Shown: positions 13,195 through 26,900 of the stretch, one piece after another | How positions within the stretch are numbered: the stretch's first letter is position 1 | How the letters are laid out: each line of letters opens with the position of its first letter | Assembly (NCBI GenBank): GCA_951406725.2 | Contig: OX597828.1 | Location: 51,770,001 to 51,834,000, forward strand | Length of the DNA stretch: 64,000 nt | Direction: 5' to 3' | DNA from: Octopus vulgaris | Lineage: Eukaryota | Position numbers and translations under genes: made by a program | Notes under the pieces: model-generated | Told to the model about the DNA's origin: nothing | The model's input: the letters and a program-made list of their open reading frames with translations, nothing else | Databases searched by the model: none

Positions 13195-13560
13195 AGGGCT
13201 TCACTTCCACACACTCCAGCTTAATTTAATTCGTACTTAGTCGAAAGATACCCGTTGTTAATGTCCTTTTTTTTGTAATTGTAATAGTGTACAATTTCTC
13301 CGTTTTTTCTTCATCCTACATTTTCGTATACATCCGCTTGCTTTCTCTCAAAGAATCTAGTGTTCTTAGCTTAGATTTTCTTGGGTCCGGCCAGATTGGA
13401 GCAGTGTCGAGTGTAACTGGCCAAAACAGCAACCATGATCTGGAACTCAACTTACGATAGAATACTCCGAATAACCCATCTTTGTTTTTTACTGTCCTTT
13501 TTTGTATCGTCTAAATGTCTGGATATGTTGGTGTCTCCTGTTACATTCTTGTTCTATTTT
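13195..13560 (+). repeat. ~360-bp interspersed repeat, copy 2
   Basis: Direct repeat of 11808-12168. Confidence 0.75.
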
Positions 13561-13622
13561 TATATATATATACATTTACGTAGTACATTTTTGGTCTCCT
13601 ATATATATGTGTGCATGTGTGT

Positions 13623-13661
<39 letters not shown>

Positions 13662-14924
13662 AGTATATACACATATAAGTATGAATGAGTATGTATATAT
13701 ATATATATATATAGTATTTCTATTTTCTTCCCAGAATCTTTTTTTCTAAATACAACAATACAAACCACAATAAAAATAACAGCAGCAACAATAGGCACAA
13801 TATTGTATGAGAATTTGATTAGTTTAACATTTTGATGAGGGGGAAAAAGATAATTTAAATTCTTTAATATATAATTATTACTAAGATGGATCATGCAATG
13901 GCCAACAATGAGAATTTTTAAAAAATGATATATAATTCAAACACAATGTGAATATATGTGTGTGCGTTTCAAATAATATTTATTGCGTTAAACAGTGGAA
14001 TTTTAAGTAGTTATGCGTCTCTTCCTTGGTTTAGAATTTCTTTTATCTAATTTATTTAATATTTCTGATCACATCGTATGTCTTTCATAAAATTTCTTAC
14101 AATTCCAACATTCCACTCTAATTAACATGCCTATGTAATGCTGCTACATGTGTGATTAAAACTTACAAAACCATGAAGTGTTGGTGGTTTTTCTGTAGAA
14201 TGTTATGATTAAGTTGTTCGAACCATCGAAACAAAAAAAACCCCATTATACTGCAAACGGCAAGGTAAATGTAGTTGGCGTGATGCTATAATGTGTAGAT
14301 ATACTCCATACGAAATTATAATTTATACATACGTCTCTCTCACCCTCTCTCTCACTATATGTTGGCACTTTTAAATCTAATTTCATAAGTATCAACACAC
14401 GAGGTCTCGGATCTTGAGTTACTCTGTTGCATCTGCTGTTGATAAGAATATATATATATTCATATTTTGAATTTTTTTTTTTCTTTTTGCATCAACATAA
14501 CTATGTATGTATGTATTTATGCGTATATTTATATGTACGATTTTTCGTTGAGTTTTCAATTAAGTATTTGAAAGAGTTCAAGCCGGTGGCTAACAAAACG
14601 ATAAAACATTTTGATTTAAGAGACTTCCAAGTGTTTGTAAATATGTAGTTAAATTCAAATATTGTTTGTTGAACTGTCGTTGCATACAGTGGAGTACGTG
14701 CATCTTTTCACATAAGAATTTTTAGAATGTCTTACAAATCTTCACTGTGCTACCTATAGATTGGATTTGGAGAATATGTGTCAGTTTTCTTCTCTCTCCC
14801 TCTCTCTCTCTCTCTGTCTCACTCACTCTCTCTCTCTTTCTCTCTGTGAAACCGAGTATTTCTAGGTCTTTGTGAGAATTTGTTGGTTCATAAACTTATA
14901 TGCATTCCTGTTTTATCTTTTCTC

Positions 14925-15090
14925 TATTGTCTGTTTCAGCCACTGTACTGGGGACATCCTGGAGCATGAATTTGAGACGATAATTCGAAGAAACTGGTGT
15001 TAATATATTCTTTTTAAAAGTTGTCTACTTGTTCTGTGTCTCCTTTTGTCAAATCGCTAAGTTACATGGAAGGTAGTAATCCGACATTAT
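14925..15090 (-). mobile_element. decayed 3' half of the CR1-tailed SINE family
   Basis: tgtttcagccactgtactgggacatcctggagca ... cgctaagttac aligns loosely with 42288-42420. Confidence 0.4.
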
Positions 15091-15369
15091 TTTACTAAAT
15101 TCCTTACTTTCAATGTTTATTGAAATAAAGACTGTATTCCAAAAGAAATATGGTAATAAAACTGTTAGGATTATGAAAATGAGAAAAAACGAAGCCTAAA
15201 TCAAAACGGAACGAGAGCATTTCACATCCTCGTTTACATGTTTATATTTCCTTCAGATATCAGGCGTATGTGTGTGTTGTGTTGATGGTTGGGAATTGGA
15301 GAAGTGGTAGGATAAAGTGGTAGCAATTACGACGTCAACCAATGCTGGGTATGCAGTTATTAAGCGTAA

Positions 15370-15860
15370 AAGACTATCTGTATAAGCAAAAGATGAAGTT
15401 GATACATAGCTTATATTAAAATTGTGACGCTAAAGCAACATTGCCCAGCGTTGCAAACAATTCGCTGTACATACTGGGATGCCAGATTTTGAACCAAATA
15501 TTTTCAAGTGTTGTTTATGATCTGTTTAAAGAGCGAGGGTTCTGCCATGCATCATGCGATGAAGTTTTTTTAATGAATTTTGTTCTTACTATAAACAATT
15601 GTCAATACTTCTTTTACTATTTATGAATATTTCTTTTCAACTTTTAATAGACTTTTTGAAGCATGTATATTTAGCTTATGTGAGCCATCAACCATTTTGT
15701 GCAAGAGTGCTGCTCCTATTCCATAATCTGACGCCTCTGCAGCAACGATAATCTCTTTAATGGGACCAAAATTAGTCAACATTTGATCACAAGATAGTAT
15801 TTCGTTGAATTTTGCATAGCTAACAAGATATGAGATTAGGGGACCCCTAATTTGACGCAT
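15370..15860 (-). pseudogene. Gypsy RNase H remnant
   Basis: IIVAAEASDYGIGAALLH...HASKSLLKVEKKYS, then TANCLQRWAMLL. Confidence 0.8.
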
Positions 15861-16015
15861 GCTAGGTATAAATGAGCTGAAATAACTAACAGATTCCTAA
15901 AACAAGAACGTAGTTTAGTTATATCTGTTGTTGGTAGTAAATGCTTGATAATTGCCATTTTATCAGGATCTGGAAAACGTCCATCTAAATTCACAACAAA
16001 ACCCAAATATGATAA

Positions 16016-16633
16016 TTAATGACGAGAAAATTTACCTTTTTCTAGTTTTCGACAAAGACAATATTCCTTAATTCGTATCAAAAGATTTGATAAATGTTCT
16101 TTATTTTCAGCTTCAGTTGACAATACGATGATAATATCATCGATTACGCAAAGGCATATGAAAACTCCACGAGCATAATAGTCATCAGCTTTTGAAAAAC
16201 TCCCTGGGGCAGCAGACTTTATCCCAAAAGGTAATCTGTTATACTGATACAGCTCATGATGATTATTTATGGTTAAGAGCTCTTTTGATGCATCGTCTAC
16301 AGATATGTGTAAATATGCTTTTGCTAAATCAATCTTTGAAAACCATTTCTCGCCATTTAATCTTGCAAATAAGTCTTGGGGAACAGACAATGAATAGCAA
16401 TGTAGATATAATGAATCATTAAGTCCAGTAGACAAATCAGCGCATATGCGTATAGAGCCATTTGTTTTTATATTTACTATAACAATGGATGCTGCCCATT
16501 CTGAATCATTCACGTTTGATATTGTATTGAAGTTTTCTAATCTATCCAGTTCGTTTTCAGCGAGCGATAACGAGGCATAAGGTACTGGAGGCGTCGGCTT
16601 GAAAACAGGTCTGGCATTTGGTTTAAGATACAC
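16016..16633 (-). pseudogene. Gypsy reverse transcriptase remnant
   Basis: SEWAASIVIV, GSIRICADLSTGLN, FSKIDLAKAY, LYQYNRLPFGIKSA, IDDIII. Confidence 0.9.
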
Positions 16634-18612
16634 AGATGCAGTAAATTTTGTGCATATCCTAAGCCAACTTTGAAAATTGATTTGAATTCTTGCTGAAATT
16701 TTCCTCTAACGTTTGTTGTATGAAATGTGCTCAAAATCAACAATGTTTAAAAGAGTGTGCGTTACTTTATTTACTGTTATATTCCATAACACAAGGTTTT
16801 CAATCTCGTCTGTTCCGAGGATGTCCAGGTAAGAATTCTCAGTAATATAGTAGAATTCCAAATGAATGGATGTCAAGACTCTGAGTGAATAAAAATATAT
16901 TTTTCCTTTGATAACCGATGGCTGGTTGGACGCATTCTTGGTTTTTTGCTCAGTTGATAAAGTGGCTGGTTTAGTGATTTTGTGCCACGCTTCTTTAGAA
17001 ATGAGAGGAATATCAAATGCAGCGTGAAGTTGTAAGCATATATGAAATCTACCTGTCTTTACAATAATATACTTCATTTTTGAAATCATTTCGTCTTTAA
17101 ATGTGGCGTAGATTCCATTTGAAATAATACCTTCTGCAGTTGAATCGGATTCAATGACTTTTACTCTATTACTGGAATGTTTATATCCATGGTTGTAACA
17201 TTTGAGTGATTTTTTGCTCTTGTGCCGACAATATTTTGCATGGCGTTGCCTGACGCAATTCTCAACATGCTGTTAGCGGTGGCCGCGTTGCTAAGTTCTC
17301 GTAGATCCATAAGGCTGTTTAGAATTCTGCGAAATCCAGTTTTGTTTCCTTGCGGTAACTGCACAAATGCTTGGAACTATTTCATTTCCTGTGGAATCTT
17401 GAATCATTTGAGTATCATGCTTAACATTAATGAGTCGTTGTCATTCATTCCTAAATTGTTGTAAGGTAATGCCGTTGCATGTGTCCAATTTGGCTAGGAC
17501 ATGACGATTTATATCATCATAGCTTGGTGATGTAGCCCACATAAGAAAATTAGTTTCTTAAATTGGTTATCTACCGTTGTCTGTCTTTTTTATACGCCTA
17601 ACATATGCAATAAAATCTTCAGGGTGTTTTCCTAATTTCAAACATTTCTATCTGCTGTTAAAGACAACGTCTCACAGAACATGTTTCTATATTGGTCCAC
17701 TGTAGATTTAAAGTCAAATTCATTAGGATGTTTGGTTTATACAAAATTAAAGTACGTATATTCGATAAGGCCCAATTTTTGATGTAGTGTTGCTTTGATT
17801 GTTAATCAATGTAGTTGGATTTGGCTACATAAGCTTCAATGCTACAGCTGTTAAAATATCCAAATGCTGCTTGTCATGTTCTTTTTCCATTTCTTAGCAC
17901 TCTTGTTGCAGGCACAAGTTAATGAGATCTGCATAACTTTACATTTACAATAGTTGCCAAATGATGTTATAACGTAAGACGCATAATGCTATTGTGCTCG
18001 TGTAAACACCTCATTAACGAACGAAGAAAACACTGCAACAATTCCCAACCGGACTGCAAAATATCGAATTGTCCCTTCAATTGTCCTCGATGCAAAATGA
18101 ACCACGTGCGCCACATTAAGCGTACTGAGGGGAAGAGAATAAATCCACAATGAGTCGATCCATATCTAACGTCATCTGATACAATACGTGTGACCTCGGA
18201 CGAATGTACGTAAGCTTAAATAATAAACGATGTGGGAGTGAACAACACCACATGACAGAATCGAATCCATTGATTGGATGATCCTTAAGAAACAATGCTT
18301 CATGTCGAAACAACTGGAGTTGTCTTACTAATTATTGAAATGCGTTCTTCCTATGCCCAGGAAGTTTGAACATTTCAGGAACTATATAACGGTGAACTCA
18401 AACGCAGGACAGTCTGCAAATAGTTTAGCTGACCGAAATTTCAAAGTCACTTTCAATATTGATTGTCTGAAAAATTATATTTCTGTACCAACAGCATTGA
18501 GTAAACTTTCAGTTTATTTTAAAATTCTTTCATGTATAATTTAATATGAAATAAACGTCAAAATAGATATATACACGCATACGTACCTTTCATACATGCG
18601 TACATGTATACG

Positions 18613-18649
<37 letters not shown>

Positions 18650-18652
<3 letters not shown>

Positions 18653-19085
18653 GTGAAATTTGATTTAGTATTTCTAAATTGAATTTTTTTTCTTTGTAAG
18701 TTTGTATTTTATTCCCTCAAATAATTTCCGGTAATTTAGCGCGCCAAAACGAGGACATTTGAAATAGTAGCCACGAGTGTAATGTGTAGGACTATTTTAC
18801 AAGTCTGTGGACGTCCTAGTATGTAGTCCTGCTAATTATATTCACCTTGGACGGTCGTACCGATGATCTGCGGACAATTACGTAAGTTACGTAAGTAAGA
18901 TTACGTAATTTGTTGATAGTGAAACATGTGTACGAATAATCCATATTTTTATTACTTTTTCTTTTGTCATGCTCGATTACGTTTTGGCTGTTTTTGCTAA
19001 ATTTTTATTGAGAACATTTCTTGGTGGTGAGACCGTAGCGGATCTATTTCTAGCATATGGGTGTCCACATAGTGGTTTCCCTCTA
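18650..19085 (+). mobile_element. probable Penelope-type terminal repeat between (TA)n tracts
   Basis: tcgta-CCGATGA...acaattacgtaa/ttacgtaatttgt hairpin...GAAAcatgtg-tacga at 18855-18935 (degenerate hammerhead layout). Confidence 0.4.
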
Positions 19086-19769
19086 ATATATATATTGATG
19101 TATATGTATGTATGTATGTATGAATGTATGTATATTCTAGAGTTCAAATTCCACATGCTGGTGCGAAATCAGTACCCAACATATAACCTTTTTATCTATC
19201 AAAAGGAAGTAATATTCGACAATGCAGGTTGAAACTGAAAGGAGAAGTAAGAAAATCTAGACAGGTGGTTAATGGAGTTATGAAACATTTTAGTTTCCTA
19301 AACAGACTCGAACAAGTTCATACAATACATAACAGACGATTAAAGACGGTAAAAATGTTTATATATATACGTATGAATATACACATACATAGAAACATAC
19401 CCTCCACACACACGCTCACACACACGCTCACACACACACACGTAACTGATTTATGTATATAATAATGTGTGTATCCGTAAAACCATATTATTTCCCAGTG
19501 TTTTCATTCATAATGGTAAAAAAATATGTCTGACTTTCCAGAGAATTTATCATTTTATTGTAAAGTTGAAAATCTTTTTATTTACCCCATTATCTCATGA
19601 ATCTTTTTACTTGACTTGTCTGTGAAAATAATATGTTAAACATTTCTACGAATCACTATTGATTAATGCGTTATCTCTACTGTTTTCCTTAAACACCACG
19701 TTCTCTAATGTTCCATGTTATTGTTATGATTTTCAAAACGAAACAACGTATACATATTCATCCATTCAG

Positions 19770-19843
19770 CTATATATATATATACATACAAAAAAAAATA
19801 TATATATATACACATATACATATATATATACATATATATATAC

Positions 19844-19881
<38 letters not shown>

Positions 19882-19900
19882 CTAAGTTTTATCTAAGTTT

Positions 19901-19934
<34 letters not shown>

Positions 19935-20021
19935 AACATAACAATATATATACATATATACATACATACATATATATATACATATATATGTATAAACATA
20001 ACAATATATATACATATATAC

Positions 20022-20053
<32 letters not shown>

Positions 20054-20192
20054 ACATATATATGTGTGCATATATATATATATATACACGCATACAGACG
20101 CGCACACACACATATATATATTTTCCATCACTTTGTCTCTTTCTCACTTTCCTTTTGTTCCATTTTGAGTGTGTATATATATTTTCACATAC

Positions 20193-20226
<34 letters not shown>

Positions 20227-20377
20227 ACATACATATATATATACATACATATATATATACATGCATATATATATACATGCATATATATATGTATATATAT
20301 ATATATGTATGTATATATATATGTATGTATATATATATGTATGTATATATATATATGTATATATATATATACATACA

Positions 20378-20417
<40 letters not shown>

Positions 20418-20542
20418 CATACATATATATATATATATGTATGTATATATATATGTATGTATATATATATGTATGTATATATATATATATATATATATAT
20501 ACATACACATATATATACATATATATATACATACATATATAT

Positions 20543-20586
<44 letters not shown>

Positions 20587-20589
20587 ATA

Positions 20590-20643
<54 letters not shown>

Positions 20644-20651
20644 CATATATA
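19770..20651. repeat. compound (TA)n/(CATA)n/(TATG)n microsatellite field
   Basis: Directly visible. It is the source of many YI/IY ORFs. Confidence 0.95.
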
Positions 20652-21317
20652 GATGAAAGAAGTCACCCCCACCTGGTGGACGCCCGGGAGGAGGTTTTGA
20701 ATGAGAAACCTGCCCGGGAAGTGAACCCAGGTGCAAGTTCTCCAACCGGCAGCAAGGGACATGGAGACGGAGAACCCGGTGAAGAGGTAGAGGGAGGAAG
20801 AAGAACTAAAAGAAGGACTGGAAGAGCTAAAGGAAAAGAAAAATCTCAAGCAGGACCAAAGGGTGAAACAACCAGGAATAGAAGTGGAACCGCAAAAGAT
20901 AGAACCAAACAGCGCACACGGGTGTGTATGTTCTACCTGAGAGGTTCCTGCTGGCATGGAAAGGAAGGTGCAGGCTGCCGCTTTGCACATCGGGGACCCT
21001 GCCACAGAGACACGAGGCAGATGGACAAACCATCAACACAAAGAAAAGGGATGGACCACGCACCACCTGCCCCAAAGCGGAGGTACGCAGATGTTGTGCG
21101 CGCCACAAACCGCCAACATGATGTTGTCGAAAGAGCAGCTGCTGAGCAACAATCTTTTTTGTGCATGGCACAAAAGATTGTACAGCAGCTGACCTGGCTT
21201 CATCAAACCCAAGCCCGCAGGTGGGACTATCCACTATATACCAGACCACCACAGCAAACAGACACAGGATGGACACCGCCGGCAACAACGTACACCTCAC
21301 CTCGATGCTCCTACTGA
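20652..21317 (+). CDS. LINE ORF1 C-terminal part with CCCH zinc finger (5' end missing)
   Basis: Open frame DERSHPHLV...[22 protein letters not shown]...SPRCSY*. Confidence 0.7.
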   Translation, partial: DERSHPHLVDAREEVLNEKPAREVNPGASSPTGSKGHGDGEPGEEVEGGRRTKRRTGRAKGKEKSQAGPKGETTRNRSGTAKDRTKQRTRVCMFYLRGSCWHGKEGAGCRFAHRGPCHRDTRQMDKPSTQRKGMDHAPPAPKRRYADVVRATNRQHDVVERAAAEQQSFLCMAQKIVQQLTWLHQTQARRWDYPLYTRPPQQTDTGWTPPATTYTSPRCSY

Positions 21318-24249
21318 ACATCAGAGGACTGCAAACACTCAGTAACAGGACAAAGATCCCGTTCCTGAGAGACTTTGTTGCATGCAATCAAGCCTTATGC
21401 ATAGCACTTACAGAAACGCACCTGAAACCGGACATAGCAGATGCGGAGTTACACATACCACAGTATGCTGTACTACGGACCGACAGGAAAGAAAGGAGTC
21501 ATGGAGGTGTTGCTATGTACATCCGGGAGGACCTCACACCCCAGGTCCTCTTGTCATACTCAAACTCGGTGTGTGACACACTAATTGTACATATTAGGCA
21601 ACTTGATGTAGTTGTGTGTGCTACATATCGCCCTCCAGATGCCCCAAGCCATGTGGGCAAGTTTGAAGACTGCCTTATAAAAATAGAAGAAATTCTAACC
21701 ACATTAGAACAACACATAGGTGTGCTTCTTATGGGAGACTTCAATCTGCCCAATGTCAGATGGCCCGAGGGCCTTTCTCTCCCAGGAATGACAAGATGTG
21801 AACGAGGACAGGCGAGGTCCCTCCTGAACCTCATCAACACCCTGTACATGGAGCAGGTAATACTCCAACCAACCAGGGCAGGTAACACACTGGATCTCTG
21901 CTTCACAAATGACATGGATCTCATCCATAATGTGAAAGTGACACCGACACTACTCTCGGATCACAACATGATAGAGCTGACCATGTACGGGCCAAAAGAG
22001 AGCACGGACATGCAGCCTACAAGAAACCCTCAAAATATTTCCAGCTTGAACTACCATAAGGCAAACTGGAAACAAATTGAGAAAGAGATCCTCAAACAAA
22101 ACTGGCCTAAATGTCTCTCCTCGCCAGACATCGACGTGAAACTTCAATAATTCATGTCTGTAATGCAAGCCATATGCTACAAATGTGTCCCAGAGAGAAA
22201 GGCCACTGTACACAAGAACAAAATCCCCAGAGAGAGGGAAATTTTAATGAGACGGCGTACGAAATTTTCAAATCGCCTAAACAAACAGATTGAAAGCAGT
22301 GAAAAGTCCCGCCTAAAAATAAAACTGCTGGAAATCGAAAAATGTCTGCAACTCTCCCATGAAAAAGAAAGAGCAGACAAAGAAGCCTGGGCTATAGAAA
22401 ACATAAAATCTAACCCCAGAGCTTTCTACAGGTATGCCAAAGAAACAGCTACAGTTCACTGTAGAATAGGGCCACTCCTCGAAAAGGATGGCACACTTAC
22501 AGGAAAACCAATGAGGGTAAGTGAAATACTGAATGAGCAATTCAAGAGTGTTTTCACTCCACCCCTGGGCATCTCCAAATCACCAATCCAACTGACTTTT
22601 TTACCACTGCAGATATAAAATCAGAGGCGGCGACGATAGATTACATCGATATAAAGGAAGACGATGTAACCAAGGCTATAGATGAAATGAAAACAGACTC
22701 AGCTACTGGCCCCGATGGATTCCCGGCAATCCTCCTAAAAGCATGTAAGAGAGTCCTAGCAAGACCACTGCAGTTCCTCTTTCAGAGCTTCCTTGCAGCT
22801 GGCAAACTTCCAGGAAAACTGAAGGAAGGTAAAATATGCCCCATTCATAAAGGAGGTAGCAGAGCGGAAGCCAAGAACTATAGACCTATCTCTCTGACCT
22901 CACACATCAGCAAGGTCATGGAACGAATAGTCAGAAGGAAGCTGATCACCTTCCTTGAAGAGAATGACTTGCTGCCCGACACCCAACATGGTTTCCGACC
23001 AGGGAGAAGCTGTTTAACTCAGCTCCTACAACACTATGACTGGGTGCTGAAACGGCTGCTCAACCACTCAAATGTGGAAGTGATATATCTCGACTTTGCA
23101 AAGGCCTTTGATAAAGTCGATCATGGAATGATATGTCACAAACTGCGTGATCTCAACATAGTTGGAAAACTGGGAGAATGGCTTCATGACTTTCTGAAGG
23201 ATAGAAGTCAGGTGGTAGTAGCCAATGGGGCCACCTCCATTAACACACAAATAGTGAGCGGTGTTCCGCAGGGCACTGTTCTGGGACCACTACTGTTCAT
23301 AATGGCCCTCTCAGACATGCCCTCAGCCACGCAGAGAGCCACGATCACAAGTTATGCAGATGATACAAAAGTTTCACAGGCAATACAGAACCCTGAGGAC
23401 ACTAAACACCTGCAATGTGAGCTGGACGAAATATACAAGTGGGCTGAAAAGAATAGCATACAGTTCAATGCTGGAAAGTTTCAAGCTTTATACTATCAGC
23501 ATGCAAAACTGAATGCAATACCCAATGAATACACTGGACCCGGAGGGATTGCAATCCCAGAGGCACAATCAGTGCGTGACCTGGGTATTCACATGAGTGA
23601 TGACGCGACCTTTCATGTACATGTTGCTAAACTGACAATGAAATGTAGACGGCTGGCTGGATGGATTCTTAGAACCTTTAGAACAAGAGAACAAGAAACC
23701 ATGATGGTCCTCTGGAAGACACTTGTCCTGAGCTACCTTGACTATTGCTCTCAGCTATGGTCACCATCCAGTGTCAAGTTGATCACAGAACTTGAGGCGA
23801 TCCAACGAAGCTACACGAAGAAGATAGCCTCTATGCAGAATGTAAGCTACTGGGAAAGACTCAAGAGATTAAAATTATATTCCCTGGAGCGTAGGCGGGA
23901 AAGATATGCCATAATATACATCTGGAAGATCCTGGAGGGAAGTGTCCTGAACTTTGGCATCGAGAGTTACGCAAATGCCAGAACTGGGCGCCACTGCGTG
24001 GTGCCTAGGACTCCAAACCTGCCAAGATTCTGTGACAGCCTGGGCTTCCGAGGCCCACAGCTCTTCAATATCCTCCCGAAGAACCTGAGAGACCTGCATG
24101 GGGTGGATACAGATGTCTTTAAAACGAAGCTGGATCTCTTCCTGTCAGGTGTCCCAGATGAACCAACTTCACGGCAGGAGGGGCAGATGAGGGCAGCTGC
24201 ATCGAACTCTCTCTTGCACCAAATAGCAGTTGCTAGAAAGCCTCCATGA
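21269..24249 (+). pseudogene. LINE ORF2 (apurinic endonuclease + reverse transcriptase), one nonsense codon and one frameshift
   Basis: NIRGL, LTETHL, YRPP, GDFN, LDL, SDH; then YRPISLTS, QHGFR, DFAKAFDKV, GVPQGTVLGP, YADD. TAA at 22148-22150, frameshift near 22570-22620. Confidence 0.92.
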
Positions 24250-25064
24250 AGTGAAACCAAGTAGCAGCACCAAATGGCGGTGCCCCAGCATGGCCACAGC
24301 TCATAAGCTGAAACTAGAATCAATCAATCAATCAATCATATATATATACATACATATATATATATACAAACATAAATGTAACTTAATAGAAATTAATCGA
24401 AGATTTGCAAGTAGATCTATTGTATTCTTTAAAGTTCAATTAGGATAACGGCTGTAGATGCATCGTCGTCGTCGTCGGTGATCTGTTTTGGTTTGATCGT
24501 CGTGTACTTGTACAATGTGATTCAGGAATTCCTTTAGTATATACACGTGTATAAAGCGTTTATTTCATAGTTTTGTAAATATTCCTCGTTTCTTTATTTG
24601 TTTTGTTCATCTTCCATAACCCAGTATAAATTGGAAAGGAATGCATAAAGTAGATTATCATTATTCAGTATTTCAAAAGATATAAAAAAAATATACTCCT
24701 GTGATGTTATATGCTTGAGGGAAAAAAATCAACCTTAGCAACATGTTTAAATATATTAGCCCCAATTCAGTGCTGCATTGTACATAAAACCTACATAACA
24801 TTGAAATGGTGTCAAAAGAAATTTTTCACATCTGCCTAAAGAGCAGACTCTTGTACTTAACAAAAAGTTAATTAGGTATAAATAACACTGAAACTAGAAT
24901 AATATGTAGCATACACAATTCTTATTGCGTCAGAGCCTTTATATATATAATTATATATGAAGATTTATATATACAGATGCACCATATATATAAACTTAGT
25001 ATCTGTCCTTGTATATATATATATGGCGTATATATATAGGATGTATATAATATATATATAAAAT

Positions 25065-25116
<52 letters not shown>

Positions 25117-25559
25117 TATATTTTGATTCCGTCTGTGTTGTAATAAAACCTGGTGGGAAAATCAATATTATGTTGTATCCTTGACTGAAGAAGATGGAGT
25201 AAGGTTTTCTGATTTTGGAGAATCATTCAACATACACATATCAGATGTATCTACAGGTGCGGTTGAGAAGAGACATAATAAAACATTTGCAATTCAAAGG
25301 GCATTTAAATATTATTACTTGTAACAACCTATATTACTATTAACACGATCGCGCGCAAAAACAAACACAGATGCACACGCTCACACGCGCGCTCGCACAC
25401 ACACACACAGACACACATGAACACACACACGCACACATAAGCACACACACGCACACATAAATACACACACGCGCGCATGAACACACACACACAAACATTG
25501 TGTCTTTTATTTCACAAATGCACTCCCCTATATTGCAAGATTAAACGGAAAGAACTAAC

Positions 25560-26900
25560 TCTAAAGAAGTTGTTATCAACACAGGTTTTGAAAAATGAGT
25601 AACACAAATGACGGGCTCACGCTTAACACAATAAAGAACATATAGAAAAACGGAAATTGACATTTGTGAATCTTATTTGAACTTTACAATAGAAATCTGA
25701 AAGTATTAGATTTCCTTTAATCAAAATACAGGAAAACATGATCTCTGACTTAAACCCAAGAACAGAAAATATATAAAAGTATAAAGTCCAAACAGCGCTG
25801 CACGACTTTAGAGCACCTTACAAACAATATTAATAGATGTATATCAAATTTATCCGTGGAGAGTATAACATTATTACCGAAACATTACCAGGTGTAGTAT
25901 TCAATACAAAATACAGAATTAATTTCATATGGTTTATTGGTATCATATGATATTGTGACAGTTTTCACGCGTAATCCGTTTGTTCGGACTACGGTTTCGA
26001 AATATAGATTGTAGATTATAAAAGAGACAGAGATTGTGAAGGAGAGCAGGATTTACTGAATATTAGGTTATTAAATGGTTTCCAAGATTATTGGGTTGGG
26101 AAAAAAAGCTGAAGAATTATGGTAGAGAGGAAAACGCTGCAGTCGGTGAACTAGTATATATATATGTAAAGTTGGAGAATATATATATATGAAGTACACA
26201 CGTAATATGCGATATGTGTGGTGATGTTTTATATGTGTGATGTATAAGTCTATTGAAATTAGACAAACAAAAGTGAAGAGTATAACTGGAACATATAATT
26301 TTAAATGAATATATAAGTGTATAATTTTAAATGAATGGCGGGCAATGATTTCGTAGCTAAGTTAAGATTTTCTATCGTTTGCTTTTATATAAATTAATCG
26401 ACTTCAAGAAACCTCCAAAATAATAAGAACAAAGAACTGATGCGTTTTTCATTGAGAATAAATTGGTGGCACCAAAGATTTTAAAACTTTGTCATTGAAT
26501 ATATATGGAATTGAGGAATTATGTTTGGTTTTAGCTAACAGGAATATTTGTACATTTAGTGTATGGACGACTTTTTTTCAAATACAGTAATAGGATGCGA
26601 GATTCGTAGGTTCCAGCTAATAAAATATTTGATTTAGATGTAAGTCTAAACTAGTTGTAAATTATTAACGTTGTGGTGTTTAGGTTTTAATTGTTCAGCA
26701 TTATAGATGGTATTTTATAGTTGTATATCCAAAACCTCTGCTTATTGATTTTAACAGACTTTAGTGGGATCAATAATTGTGTAGTGTGAGTGTGATAGGT
26801 AATATTGATTTAGTAGTTAGATCACTAAAGTACAGTGAAAAGAAGAGAACAGTAGAAGAAATAATGTGATAAAGTATTTCATTAAACTTGAATGTTAGAT
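25560..26900. mobile_element. heavily decayed Penelope-like fragments in mixed orientation
   Basis: Broken frames loosely resemble the PLE RT thumb (plus, ~25700-25980) and the endonuclease C-terminus (minus, ~26450-26800). Confidence 0.3.

Larger units (their letters stand above)
15230..17962 (-). mobile_element. decayed Ty3/Gypsy LTR retrotransposon internal region (gag-PR-RT-RNase H, no integrase seen)
   Basis: RT and RNase H motifs (see next two features), gag/protease-like broken frames at 16700-17900, possible PBS tggcaact at 17959->17952 next to ...catca. Confidence 0.8.
20652..24337 (+). mobile_element. near full-length, young CR1-group LINE, 5'-truncated in ORF1, with (AATC)n tail
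   Basis: ORF1 remnant plus APE-RT ORF2, short 3' UTR with hairpin cagc-tcataa-gctg, (AATC)n tail. TA-rich microsatellite on both sides. Confidence 0.92.

Noticed and set aside
19659-20656. Long YI/IY-repeat ORFs on both strands
   Set aside because: Stop-free (TA)n/(CATA)n microsatellite. The same applies at 48593-49691 and 55650-56002.
20827-21924. Antisense ORFs within the CR1-group LINE
   Set aside because: Expected shadow ORFs of a GC-richer coding strand; no recognisable domains.
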